From a virus: a stretch of 64,000 bases of DNA. The stretch covers positions 1 to 64,000 of IMG/VR virus record IMGVR_UViG_3300015263_000597. The stretch is one strand, 5' to 3'. A model generated the notes under the pieces. That model ran no database searches. It saw nothing but the letters and a program-made list of their open reading frames with translations, and was not told the DNA's origin. Shown piece by piece: positions 51,195 to 60,334 of this stretch (the first letter of the stretch is position 1; every line of letters begins with the position of its first letter). The position numbers and the translations under genes are program-made.

Positions 51195-52693
51195 CACACA
51201 TAGCCAATCGCATACACCCGTCCTACTTCCCAATGGCCGCCGCACGGGAACTATCACAAGCCTACATGATAGGCGCAGACGCGTTCCGTTTTGACGGCGC
51301 CAATGATCAAAAGTGGGTACGGCCTACGGCGAGCGAGTACGCATCGGCTAGTGATCCGCTGTACATACGTGGCTACCCGGTGTTTGAGGACCGCCTACGT
51401 CGATGGACTACTACCAACGTCTACGGTGACTCTATAGCCGTTAGTGCCTCACAGCCGATTAATGCCAACGTTGACCTCAGCGAATGGCCGGATATTCTAG
51501 CAGATCGCTGCGTGGGTAAGTATGGTGGCCTTACTGGCGCAGGGCAAGGCTTGATGCAGATGATGGAGATAACGCTAGAGAGTGTGTTTTTCTCAGGCAT
51601 GGATTTCATACGGCTATTCGAGAAAGGCAATCGCGCGTTCTGGGTACGTGAACCGGCCGATAACTTCCTGTACTGGGAGTATGGCTACAGCGAGAACGGC
51701 CTAGTGTTATTGGACGCCGTACTGGAAGGGTCTATAGATGGTACATTGGTACGTCGCGTATACACGGTAACTAGCGAAGGCGTAGAGTGGCGGGTATACC
51801 GCGCTAAAGAGAAAGATTCGTATAAGCGTCGCGTATACGCGCTAACTGACAAGGATGTCGAGCTGTCCTTGGAGCCTGAAAACAAGCCGTGGAAAAGCGG
51901 CTTGTATAGAGGTTTAACGTCAGTACCTGTTGAAGCATTCGCAGCAACATGGGATGAGCCGTACGTTTCTATGCCGCCGTTTAAGGATGCAGCTGAGATA
52001 CAGCTTAAGGTAGATCGCGGTGACTCGCACTTAGAGGACTTCAGGCTACGCGTAGCTACAGCAGCTGTGTTTGTAATAGCGGCGGACTTAACAGTAGATG
52101 AGAATGGACAGACTGTTATGCCTAAAGCAGGCGCAGCTAGGCTACTTGCTCTACCTGAAGGCAGTAGTGGTGACTGGAAATCCTTAGACAGCTCATTTAT
52201 ACCACAAGAGATAGAAGTACTGGAGGACCTGAAGAACGAGGTACGCCGTAAGTGCCTAGATCCGTTAGACGCCCAGTACAAAGGCGACGTCAAGGCTACA
52301 CAGATTGCAGTAGCAGACGCGCGGTCTATGTCTTATCTAGACCTTGCGTTTCTCGCAATGGCGCCAGGGGCTAAGCGACTACTGCGCGCTACGGCCCAGA
52401 TGGAAGGAATACCAGTAACTAACGAACCGCAGCTTACCTTTAGTCGCCGCAGGCCAAAGGCGGAGAGTGATAGAAGTTTAGACCGCGTACTCGAGCTTTA
52501 TGACAAGGGCGTTGTGCTTAACCGGCAAACTGTGCTCGCTGTTGCTCAAAGTGTAGACGACAGCATAAGCGCGGATGTGTGGGCGAAGATATTAGAAATG
52601 GAAGGATCTGGTAGTGAAGGTGAGGAGGGGAGCTTAGATAGCGAGCAGGACAGCGAACAGGATGACAGTGTCGAAGAGGAAGAGGCACAATGA
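51191..52693 (+). CDS. portal protein (DUF4055-like)
   Basis: 500 aa, located between terminase and scaffold, MPPFKDAAE motif, acidic tail. Confidence 0.75.
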   Translation: MTHIANRIHPSYFPMAAARELSQAYMIGADAFRFDGANDQKWVRPTASEYASASDPLYIRGYPVFEDRLRRWTTTNVYGDSIAVSASQPINANVDLSEWPDILADRCVGKYGGLTGAGQGLMQMMEITLESVFFSGMDFIRLFEKGNRAFWVREPADNFLYWEYGYSENGLVLLDAVLEGSIDGTLVRRVYTVTSEGVEWRVYRAKEKDSYKRRVYALTDKDVELSLEPENKPWKSGLYRGLTSVPVEAFAATWDEPYVSMPPFKDAAEIQLKVDRGDSHLEDFRLRVATAAVFVIAADLTVDENGQTVMPKAGAARLLALPEGSSGDWKSLDSSFIPQEIEVLEDLKNEVRRKCLDPLDAQYKGDVKATQIAVADARSMSYLDLAFLAMAPGAKRLLRATAQMEGIPVTNEPQLTFSRRRPKAESDRSLDRVLELYDKGVVLNRQTVLAVAQSVDDSISADVWAKILEMEGSGSEGEEGSLDSEQDSEQDDSVEEEEAQ

Positions 52694-53265
52694 GTCTACA
52701 CGCTGTTAGCCGCTGGTACCAAGGCACAGATGGCGTAGTTTTTGAGCACTGCCGTAAAGCACGTAAAGAGCATGTGTGCGATGTTTGCCGTAATCATATT
52801 GAGCCAGGGGAAGACTATCGCGCGGTATGGTCACCTGAGTGCTTTACGGCTGCTTTGCATACCAGCTGTGCAGACCTTATAGATCAACTACACGTGGAGA
52901 TGGATTTGCGAGACGATGAGGGTATCTCGTATAACGAGGCTGCTGATCTGGCCAAACAGTGCGGATATACGTTCGACTTGACTATCCTGACCTGGGAGAA
53001 AGGGGTGGTCCCGTCATGACCGATCTTACAGCGCTGCTCGATGAAACAACGGGCACCAATACGTGGCAGCACGGTTGCTGTGCTGATCATAAATGCGATA
53101 CGACAACGTGCATGAGATTACCCCAAGGGGCCACTTGTGGTGGCTGTAAGCACGTTGAAAAATGCCTCTCCCTCGGGTTCACGTCGTCCGAATCGAATAC
53201 CTGGTGTGATTTTTTTCCTAGACGGTTCCTGTCTAGCAAAGTCATTGCGTGACTCAGCCAGATCG

Positions 53266-53294
53266 TTGACATACGTATCTACACAGGCTACACT
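53266..53294 (+). promoter_or_regulatory. sigma70-type promoter of the double-elbow RNA
   Basis: TTGACA-17 nt-TACACT; predicted TSS G53302. Confidence 0.8.
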
Positions 53295-53301
53295 ACGTAC
53301 T

Positions 53302-53416
53302 GGCTGTAGCTCAGTCTGGTAGAGCAAGCGTAGCCGCAGGTTCGAATCCTGCCTCTGTGCGCAGAGTAGCTCAGTCTGGTAGAGTGACGCTGTCAGCGGT
53401 TCAAATCCGCTCAGCC
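53302..53416 (+). ncRNA. double tRNA-elbow RNA (two D/T-arm modules sharing one anticodon stem)
   Basis: two TAGCTCAGTCTGGTAGAG D arms, T arms GCAGG-TTCGAAT-CCTGC and AGCGG-TTCAAAT-CCGCT, stems GGCTG/CAGCC, AGCGT/ACGCT and CTCTG-tgcg-CAGAG. Confidence 0.88.
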
Positions 53417-53420
53417 CTTG

Positions 53421-53446
53421 AGAGCCCGGATATACCGGGCTTTCTT
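53421..53446 (+). terminator. intrinsic terminator
   Basis: AGCCCGG-atata-CCGGGCT followed by TTCTT. Confidence 0.8.
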
Positions 53447-53450
53447 GCTA

Positions 53451-53490
53451 TTGACAAGTGCAGCCGAGTAGTCTAGACTGTACAGTCTAG
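53451..53490 (+). promoter_or_regulatory. sigma70-type promoter overlapped by an 18-bp palindrome
   Basis: TTGACA-17 nt-TAGACT; CTAGACTGTACAGTCTAG at 53473-53490. Confidence 0.75.
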
Positions 53491-53635
53491 TCCCGCCCTG
53501 CACCCGGTGACAACGAATGAAGGGCGGACTGTTAGAGGGTAGACTACCTGTCTACAAGGTTGAGGCACGGTTAAACGCGGTGCCAACTTGGCCCACACTC
53601 CAGATCCTTAGGCGGGAAGTGAGTGTGGGCCTTTT
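53486..53635 (+). ncRNA. candidate four-hairpin ncRNA
   Basis: own promoter; stems AGTC(C)CGCCCT/AGGGCGGACT, GTAGAC/GTCTAC, GGCAC/GTGCC, GGCCCACACTC/GAGTGTGGGCC, then TTTT; no convincing ORF. Confidence 0.65.
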
Positions 53636-53696
53636 ACTGTCTACCCGTGCCTGAGTTTCATGTAGACGCCGTCTTATTTACCACAGGGGTGTTTAG

Positions 53697-54005
53697 CTAA
53701 TCTGTCGGCTCCTGCTCTATCGGTTTCTTCGGCGCATTGCGTAAGCTAGCGGCGTGGGACACTATCATCCCATCGCCTACGTGCTCTCTGATTACTACAA
53801 AGTCATCGCCGCTGTCTGCTGATACGGATATGACGATAGTGCTGTGGTCTTGCCCTTCGCTCTCTACGTATAGATCTGTCCATATCCTTCCTTCTACTAG
53901 TGCAGTAAGTGCATAGTCTGTCTCTGCCGCCAAACTGCGTCGGGTTTTCCTACAATGATCGGATAGTGCTCTGTGCATTTTGTCTGTAATGCGGACGCTT
54001 TTCAT
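53697..54005 (-). CDS. ribbon-helix-helix-like regulator
   Basis: MKSVRITDKMHRALSDHCRKTRRSLAAETDYAL; own leftward promoter. Confidence 0.6.
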   Translation of the reverse strand: MKSVRITDKMHRALSDHCRKTRRSLAAETDYALTALVEGRIWTDLYVESEGQDHSTIVISVSADSGDDFVVIREHVGDGMIVSHAASLRNAPKKPIEQEPTD

Positions 54006-54054
54006 TAGGTGTACCCTGTGTACAGATGTCACAACATGTAAACATCTGTCACAC

Positions 54055-54132
54055 ACAGTACACCAGTGTGCCAGCTCAGTCAAGTACTTTTTTCCCCTTA
54101 TTCTTGACTTTCTGATCCGAATATCCTAGACT
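54055..54132. promoter_or_regulatory. divergent sigma70-type promoter pair
   Basis: minus: TTGACT(54083-54078)-17-TACTGT; plus: TTGACT(54104-54109)-17-TAGACT upstream of scaffold/capsid. Confidence 0.7.
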
Positions 54133-54218
54133 AGTTACCCAGAGCTGCCCAAAGCTCACCCATCGCGGTTGTCATACCGCAACACCTACCGTCGGTACTC
54201 AAACCGGAGGACACTGTT

Positions 54219-55022
54219 ATGCCTATAACGAGCGAAGAAATCACAGATGCCCTTGGACTGTCCGAGCTGTCAGACGAGCAACAGACTTACATCAGCGCAC
54301 TTGTGGCCAAGTACACAGAGGCTGAACAAGGCATCGACAAGGTAAAGGAAGCTGCGGCCAAAAAAGCTCGCTTACAAGCTAACCGCACTAAGGAACTGCT
54401 AGAGAAGCTACTTAATGCAGATAGTCCAGATGAGCTAGATCTTGGCGATTCTGCGCCGGACGAGAAAGATCCGCTGGCAGGAATAGCCGCCTTACTCAAG
54501 CAGCACAAAGAGTCCGAGCTGTCTGGTAAGTCCGAACTCCAGCAGCGCCTTGAGGAACTACAGGCATACAACGCAGAGCAAGAAAAGAAGCTTAAGGCTC
54601 ACGAGACCAAAACGGCCGAAATGCTCAAGAAGATGCAAGACGCCGAAACGGCCCGTGCTGAGAAAGAGCTTTACGACTTTGCGGTCAGCAAGTACATGGA
54701 CAAGGTCAACGAGGACATGCGCCCAATAGTGTGGGAAAAGACGCGACCAATGGTCAGCCAGGTCAATGGCGCGCTAATTGTCAAAGATGCTGATGGCACT
54801 CCGCGTATGCTCGGCGACAAGGTTGCAGATTACAGCGCGCTACTTGGCGACATGCGCACCGGTGGCAAAGAGTTCGGCCTGAACCTAGCATCCGCTTTCA
54901 CACCCGTAGACAAGGACACAGAACCTGGTAACACCCGCTCACCGCTTCACCCGAACGCTGGGCAAACAACAGAAGAGCCTGACAAGCTCTTCCAACGGCT
55001 CTACGGAGGCAAAGGTCTGTAG
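54219..55022 (+). CDS. capsid scaffolding protein
   Basis: charged coiled-coil protein immediately upstream of the capsid gene; GGAGG RBS. Confidence 0.75.
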   Translation: MPITSEEITDALGLSELSDEQQTYISALVAKYTEAEQGIDKVKEAAAKKARLQANRTKELLEKLLNADSPDELDLGDSAPDEKDPLAGIAALLKQHKESELSGKSELQQRLEELQAYNAEQEKKLKAHETKTAEMLKKMQDAETARAEKELYDFAVSKYMDKVNEDMRPIVWEKTRPMVSQVNGALIVKDADGTPRMLGDKVADYSALLGDMRTGGKEFGLNLASAFTPVDKDTEPGNTRSPLHPNAGQTTEEPDKLFQRLYGGKGL

Positions 55023-55047
55023 GGCGCAAACTTGAGGAGCCTGAACC

Positions 55048-56274
55048 GTGGCTAACAACATCCAAACGTACTCGACTTTCAGCACAAGCGCATTTCGCTT
55101 TAACCCACAGGACTCGGTGGCTGCCGCGTCCATGATGGCTATGCATACCAGTAATGCATACCGTCTCACTGCGACAGAGGCGCTTGTTGGCACATGGCCA
55201 GCGGCACCAGCCAAGGGGTTGACTATCAATGTCACATACCCCGCCGAGCCTGAAGTCGGCGACTATGCAAATGGCTCGTTTGCTGCGTCTGACATCAACA
55301 CGCCGCAGGTTCCTCTTACTATCAACCACGAGCTTGGCGTGCATTACACGCTTACTGGCCGTGAGCAGGATTTTCAGCTGGAAGACTTCCAGAAATACGT
55401 GATTGATCCTGCGATCATTGCGTTGTCAAAGCAGGTCGAGTTGCAAGTCATGGCACAGGCTGGATCAGTGTACAACGCGTCAGTGGTCGGTGCTAACGCG
55501 TACTTGACTACACGTGCGCAGATTGAGCCGCACATGACCAACCTTGACAATAATGGCGCACTTTTCCCACGTTACAGTCTGTTGTCATACGCAGACTACA
55601 ACCGTGCGGCTATGGCTGCTGACTTCAGCCACGCTAACATCACTGGTGACAGCACGGGCAGTGTGTTCCAGACTGGCAAGCTGCTAAACGCCGGTGACTT
55701 CGAGATGTACAAGACGTTCGGCGTGAGCGGTAGCAAGGCGCCATTGTCGCCAAATCTAGTTACCACGAACAAGTTCACGGCTGGTGATTACGACAACACT
55801 ACCGTTCTTGTTAACGGCGCAGTCCTTGCTGGTGCTACCACGATGAACACTGACGGTGGCACGATTAACGGCACTCTGAAGGCGGGGGACCTGTTCACAG
55901 TCGCTGGCGTGGATGGAACGTTCTTGGTCACTGCGGACAACGTTGCTGACGGTGCCGGTGCCGCAACTGGCATCACGTTCACGCCAGCTGCGCCGACCGG
56001 CGGATTCCCTGATGACGCAGCAGTCACGTTCAGTGGCAATCACGCCAAGAGCCTGTTCTTCTCGCGTGGCTGCATTGTATCGCTGACCCTCCCACCGATG
56101 ATTCCTGAAGGTCAGTCCGGTGCACAAGTCCGCAACCCTGACGGGTTCTCGTTTACTTGGTTTGCGCACAATCGTGGCCAGAACGACGGTAAGCACGGAT
56201 ACAGCTTTGTAACCTACCTGGCTACCAAGTGCATCCGCCCAGAGTGGGGTTCTCTGCATCTGTCAGACGGGTAA
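55048..56274 (+). CDS. major capsid protein (P22 gp5-like, with insertion domain)
   Basis: 408 aa; LEDFQKYVIDPAIIAL, GTLKAGDLFTVAGV, C-terminal KCIRPEWG. Confidence 0.85.
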   Translation: MANNIQTYSTFSTSAFRFNPQDSVAAASMMAMHTSNAYRLTATEALVGTWPAAPAKGLTINVTYPAEPEVGDYANGSFAASDINTPQVPLTINHELGVHYTLTGREQDFQLEDFQKYVIDPAIIALSKQVELQVMAQAGSVYNASVVGANAYLTTRAQIEPHMTNLDNNGALFPRYSLLSYADYNRAAMAADFSHANITGDSTGSVFQTGKLLNAGDFEMYKTFGVSGSKAPLSPNLVTTNKFTAGDYDNTTVLVNGAVLAGATTMNTDGGTINGTLKAGDLFTVAGVDGTFLVTADNVADGAGAATGITFTPAAPTGGFPDDAAVTFSGNHAKSLFFSRGCIVSLTLPPMIPEGQSGAQVRNPDGFSFTWFAHNRGQNDGKHGYSFVTYLATKCIRPEWGSLHLSDG

Positions 56275-56283
56275 TGCGCACCT

Positions 56284-56817
56284 ATGGCCCTTGAGATCGA
56301 AGACGGCACTGGGGTAACGGGTGCCAACGCGTATCAGGATGTGGCTGCCGCAGAGGCGCTGCTGGCGATCTATGGATATACCTCACTTGCGTCTATTACA
56401 GACACCGCAGTGAAGGAATCCATCCTGGTACGCGGTACCTTGAGTATCGACGCGTCACGGCACAGCGCGGCAACATACATACTCAAGGTAAACCGTACTC
56501 AAGGGCTGTTTTACCCGCAGTACAGCTGTGTAGATCACATCACGGTGTTAGGCATACCGAGTGACATCATACTTGCATCAGCGCTAAGAGCTGAACACAT
56601 TGCACTTACTGAGTTTGTGTCCGGACCATCTAAAACAGCAGCTGACATAGATCCGATGATAACTCAGATCAAAGTGGCCGAAGAGGTTGCGGTTAGTCGC
56701 AAAGCTGGCACATCAGACACCGTGCAGTCTAGAAGGCTGGATAACTTCGTACGTGCCGTGCTAGGCAGGTTAATACGTACAGAATCAGAAGGCGTTGCAG
56801 TAGCCGCATGGTGTTGA
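56284..56817 (+). CDS. head-tail adaptor (DnaT-like annotated family)
   Basis: MALEIEDGTGVTGANAY.. and QGLFYP motifs; position after the capsid gene. Confidence 0.75.
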   Translation: MALEIEDGTGVTGANAYQDVAAAEALLAIYGYTSLASITDTAVKESILVRGTLSIDASRHSAATYILKVNRTQGLFYPQYSCVDHITVLGIPSDIILASALRAEHIALTEFVSGPSKTAADIDPMITQIKVAEEVAVSRKAGTSDTVQSRRLDNFVRAVLGRLIRTESEGVAVAAWC

Positions 56818-56818
56818 T

Positions 56819-57418
56819 ATGTCATTGGTTGCGTATGTACAAAGTCAAGTGGCTGTAGGCAGTGCGCTACTGGCCGACTATACCCTTGTGCTCAAGTCGC
56901 CGCCTGGGCAGACGAATACGTTGCGCATGGAGGACGGAAGCGCACTGGCTGTTGTGTTGGCAGCGCCTGTGAGTGTGTCAGATGGTCAAATTACACTGGA
57001 AGGCGCGGGCAGTATTGGGCTAAGTGGTACACTACGCGCTGAGACATTGTTAACTATAGGCACTGATACAGTAGCAGTAGTAGGTGAGACATCTACGCGG
57101 TTCGGTAAACTTACTGCAAGCGTCACACCGGCTATAGGTAATGCGTACACAGCTGGTGAGTCAGTGTCGTTCTCACAGTCCGTAATATCGGACATACCAG
57201 CTAACACGATATCTACTGACAAGGCGCCGCAGAACGTATACACGTCCAAGCTGCCAGAGTTCGGCTTCGTTATAGCAAAGTCCGTATTGCCCATTCGCCC
57301 ACGCGACGGCTGGACAGTTACGGCAACCAACACTATAAGCAATGAAGTACTGAGCGGCACTATAGGTAATGTGACTGGCGGTGCCGCCAACGTATTCATA
57401 TGGGTAGGGAGCCCGTAG
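56819..57418 (+). CDS. putative head closure/neck protein
   Basis: position; beta-rich; C-terminal IRPRDGWTV. Confidence 0.5.
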   Translation: MSLVAYVQSQVAVGSALLADYTLVLKSPPGQTNTLRMEDGSALAVVLAAPVSVSDGQITLEGAGSIGLSGTLRAETLLTIGTDTVAVVGETSTRFGKLTASVTPAIGNAYTAGESVSFSQSVISDIPANTISTDKAPQNVYTSKLPEFGFVIAKSVLPIRPRDGWTVTATNTISNEVLSGTIGNVTGGAANVFIWVGSP

Positions 57419-57420
57419 CA

Positions 57421-57834
57421 ATGGATCCACTAGAGCAACTGCTTCGTAATCGACACAGTGCCCTTGCCCACGCCCAAGTAGAGCAGTTTCTAACCGGCGG
57501 TGTGCAAGCTGCGGTGAGTGTTGCTCCTGGTCCGGAGAAGACGTCCACGAGTACGGGCCGCACACGCGCATCCATACACCCGGCTGTAAATGAGCCAAAC
57601 GAATCAGACCCTGGTGTGCGCACAACTTACCCGATACCTGACCAAAAGGACGTTGATATAGAAGTAGCCAAATGGCGAGCGTACCAGTCGGCATATGTGT
57701 CCGTGTTCACTGAGTACTATAAGTACATACAGGACAGATACCCAGTGGGTCCTACTGCTGTGATAGGTAGCCGCGCAGCACTGCGCGCTGGTCACCAGCA
57801 AGCTACAAAGAAGGCACAGAATGTCAGAGCTTAG
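57421..57834 (+). CDS. putative neck/tail completion protein
   Basis: TGRTRAS motif, ..TEYYKYIQ; position. Confidence 0.5.
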   Translation: MDPLEQLLRNRHSALAHAQVEQFLTGGVQAAVSVAPGPEKTSTSTGRTRASIHPAVNEPNESDPGVRTTYPIPDQKDVDIEVAKWRAYQSAYVSVFTEYYKYIQDRYPVGPTAVIGSRAALRAGHQQATKKAQNVRA

Positions 57835-58288
57835 CTGGGATATCGACGACTTGCGGGTTATACAAACTGCGTTACGTAATGCAGCTGCCATAGCTACGTT
57901 CCCTGACATAGACTTTCTAGATTGGGTGCTAGATAGTGACGGGTATGTGCCACCAACCGGTCAATCACCAACAGGCTTTCCGTACGTATGGGGCTCTGTA
58001 GGTTTCCTAGACGCACAGACGTACGCAAAGAACCAGTGTGGGGCGCCGTCCCGCAGTCCAGACACAGCGCTAGAGATCAACTCGCAAGGACCACTACAGC
58101 TTGACGCAAGACAAGCGATAATGACGGCAGTAGAGACAGGACTACATGCTTTACCTGCTGGCTACTGGCCTAACTTTCACTCGTACCACCCGCCGACAGG
58201 CCAGCCCGTGGCTAATCAAACTCATCCTGGTTATTACGCAATTCTGGCGCGTATACGCATACACGCCAGCCCTCAAACCGGACCGTAA
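57821..58288 (+). CDS. putative tail terminator
   Basis: size and position directly before the tail tube gene. Confidence 0.5.
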   Translation: MSELSWDIDDLRVIQTALRNAAAIATFPDIDFLDWVLDSDGYVPPTGQSPTGFPYVWGSVGFLDAQTYAKNQCGAPSRSPDTALEINSQGPLQLDARQAIMTAVETGLHALPAGYWPNFHSYHPPTGQPVANQTHPGYYAILARIRIHASPQTGP

Positions 58289-58300
58289 GGAGAAACGAAG

Positions 58301-59158
58301 ATGTCATCTTGTACACCAGACGCAGGAACGATTGCGAATATCGGCATACGGCTAGCCGATACTATACTTGGCAAAGCCGGCACAGGGTTGCCGGATATCC
58401 GGCCACAGAGTGCCACGCTTACACTGCCGCCCATCATGGAACAGACGCGAGTCAGTGGCCTAGGTGGCGAAGTCCAGCACAAACGCGGCGTTGCTGGCGG
58501 CACCTTTGTTTTCGACACCTACATCAACTACGGCAACCCTCAGGCTGGTATCGACGCGCTTAAGGCGTTTGAAAGCTCAATACTGCCAGTTATTTTCACG
58601 CTGGAGACAGCTACGCCGCTGCCGGGTACACCGAACACCAGCCCGGTAAATGCGTTCTGGGTTGCTATGCACGGGCTGCCTGAGGGCGGCACGTTGAACC
58701 AAGGGTACAACTTCCAGGTTAGCTCCATGGTCAACGGCTGCGTCGAGAAACTGTCGGCGCTTCCTGCCGCTGCTGGCGCTGTCACGCCTACTCCTACGTC
58801 ACTAGCCGTTAACCTGGACTGGCCAGCTGACACTGAGCTGCTTGTCGAAAACGTCGTGTCTAATCCCAACGATACGCCGTATCGAGTTGTCGGTTACAAA
58901 GTCGAATGGAAGCTAGCGGCAGATACCGACTACCAGGTAGCACCGGCCGACTTTGACATCAGCGGCGCTACTACTCCGCTCGTGCTTGACTGGAAGGACC
59001 TTGCTGGTACCCTTCACGTGCTGAATCCCGGCACCGGTACTATCAGCATCGACTTTGTCACGCTTGCCGACACCTACGACTTCCGCATCACGCCTATCGA
59101 TCACTGGTTGCTCGAAGGCACTCCGGCGGAAGCTCTCGGCGTTGTCGTTCCGGCCTAG
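58301..59158 (+). CDS. major tail tube protein with C-terminal FN3/Ig-like domain
   Basis: TAAGGAG RBS, GC3-rich codons; SLAVNLDW..VVGYKVEWK..YDFRITP. Confidence 0.65.
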   Translation: MSSCTPDAGTIANIGIRLADTILGKAGTGLPDIRPQSATLTLPPIMEQTRVSGLGGEVQHKRGVAGGTFVFDTYINYGNPQAGIDALKAFESSILPVIFTLETATPLPGTPNTSPVNAFWVAMHGLPEGGTLNQGYNFQVSSMVNGCVEKLSALPAAAGAVTPTPTSLAVNLDWPADTELLVENVVSNPNDTPYRVVGYKVEWKLAADTDYQVAPADFDISGATTPLVLDWKDLAGTLHVLNPGTGTISIDFVTLADTYDFRITPIDHWLLEGTPAEALGVVVPA

Positions 59159-59251
59159 TTAGCGTCATTCTGGACTAACAGACGGGATTTAAAGCGCAGT
59201 CTAGACGCCATAGCCCCGCGCACATCCCAGGGGCTTGGTACGTGGTGCACG

Positions 59252-60334
59252 ATGAAACGAAAGACTAAAAAGCATGCAAGTGTAGTGGCTTCCTATGAGA
59301 CTCTTACTAAGCCTGATCCGCTTGGCATCGGTGTTACCATTACTGCGATACGTAAAGGGCACAAGTCGTTGCGTAAAAGCACGCCACATTTTGCCAAAGT
59401 TGAAGCAGATCTAAAGCGTCAAGAAGCAGAATTGATAGAGGAAGCCAAAAAGCGCGAAGGCAACGAAGAGCTTCTAGCAGCAAAGGAAGCGCAATGGAAA
59501 GCCGACCAGGAGGGTGAGCAAGTCAGCAACCCGTTACGTCGGTTCGGTAATGCGCGTAAGCAGACCAAGGTAGAGCGAGACCACAATACGCTGTACACCG
59601 TGGATTCCCGGTACTGCGAGGACTACGATAACTTGCAGATACAGTTCCTTGAGAAGATGCAAAAAGCTGACCAGCTGGACGCTTGCATGCGGGTACGCTC
59701 ATGGAGCGGTGAAGCTATCACAGACGAGGAACAGTGCACGGGTAAAGAGACGCTAGAGCAGAAGCGTGAGGTGCTATTTGGCGACTGGGAGGACGGTGAC
59801 ATGTCAGTACCGCCGTACCTTGATGCTGAGTTAATGCCGCTGGAAGAAGGTGGCGCAGAGCATGAGGCGTTGAAAGTCGCAGAAGGTGTCAGGGATACGG
59901 CACTAGATGGCGTTGAACAGGATAAACAGGTACTCACACAACGGCTAGCAATAGAACACGAGAAGTCTGCGGAGATAGGCACAGATCCTAACTCCTGTGT
60001 GGCCGTTGCGTGCCGTGTGCTCGGCGGTGATCCTACCGTCGTACCATTTGGTAAATTCCGTAAGCAGTGTCTAAGCGGTGTGCCACCAGCGGCAACTGCG
60101 TACGTCGTTGACGTCGCTAGCGAGGTTTACAGTGCGTACGAAGCTTTCAAGGAACAGACGTCCGCAGCAGAAGACGCGTTCTCTGCGTCACTTGAACAAC
60201 TTGGCATCCACTCTACCGGTAAGTACGCTGGCATGCAATACAAAGTAGCATTCGCGCTCTGGCTATATGACCTCTCCATAGAGGCCGAAGAGGAGTTCCA
60301 AAAAAAAAGCGCATGGCGTACGAAGACGCCATAG
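59252..60334 (+). CDS. tail assembly chaperone (G-like)
   Basis: lies between tail tube and tape measure; ends near an A9 slippery site. Confidence 0.6.
   Translation: MKRKTKKHASVVASYETLTKPDPLGIGVTITAIRKGHKSLRKSTPHFAKVEADLKRQEAELIEEAKKREGNEELLAAKEAQWKADQEGEQVSNPLRRFGNARKQTKVERDHNTLYTVDSRYCEDYDNLQIQFLEKMQKADQLDACMRVRSWSGEAITDEEQCTGKETLEQKREVLFGDWEDGDMSVPPYLDAELMPLEEGGAEHEALKVAEGVRDTALDGVEQDKQVLTQRLAIEHEKSAEIGTDPNSCVAVACRVLGGDPTVVPFGKFRKQCLSGVPPAATAYVVDVASEVYSAYEAFKEQTSAAEDAFSASLEQLGIHSTGKYAGMQYKVAFALWLYDLSIEAEEEFQKKSAWRTKTP
60300..60308 (+). other. programmed -1 ribosomal frameshift site
   Basis: CAA AAA AAA AGC contains A AAA AAA; the -1 frame reads AAG CGC ATG into ORF 60313-60816. Confidence 0.75.

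Noticed and set aside
53302-53416. Two tandem degenerate tRNA genes or an intron-containing tRNA
   Set aside because: There is no anticodon loop or CCA, acceptor strands pair only in the nested arrangement, and the insert is itself a permuted tRNA core.
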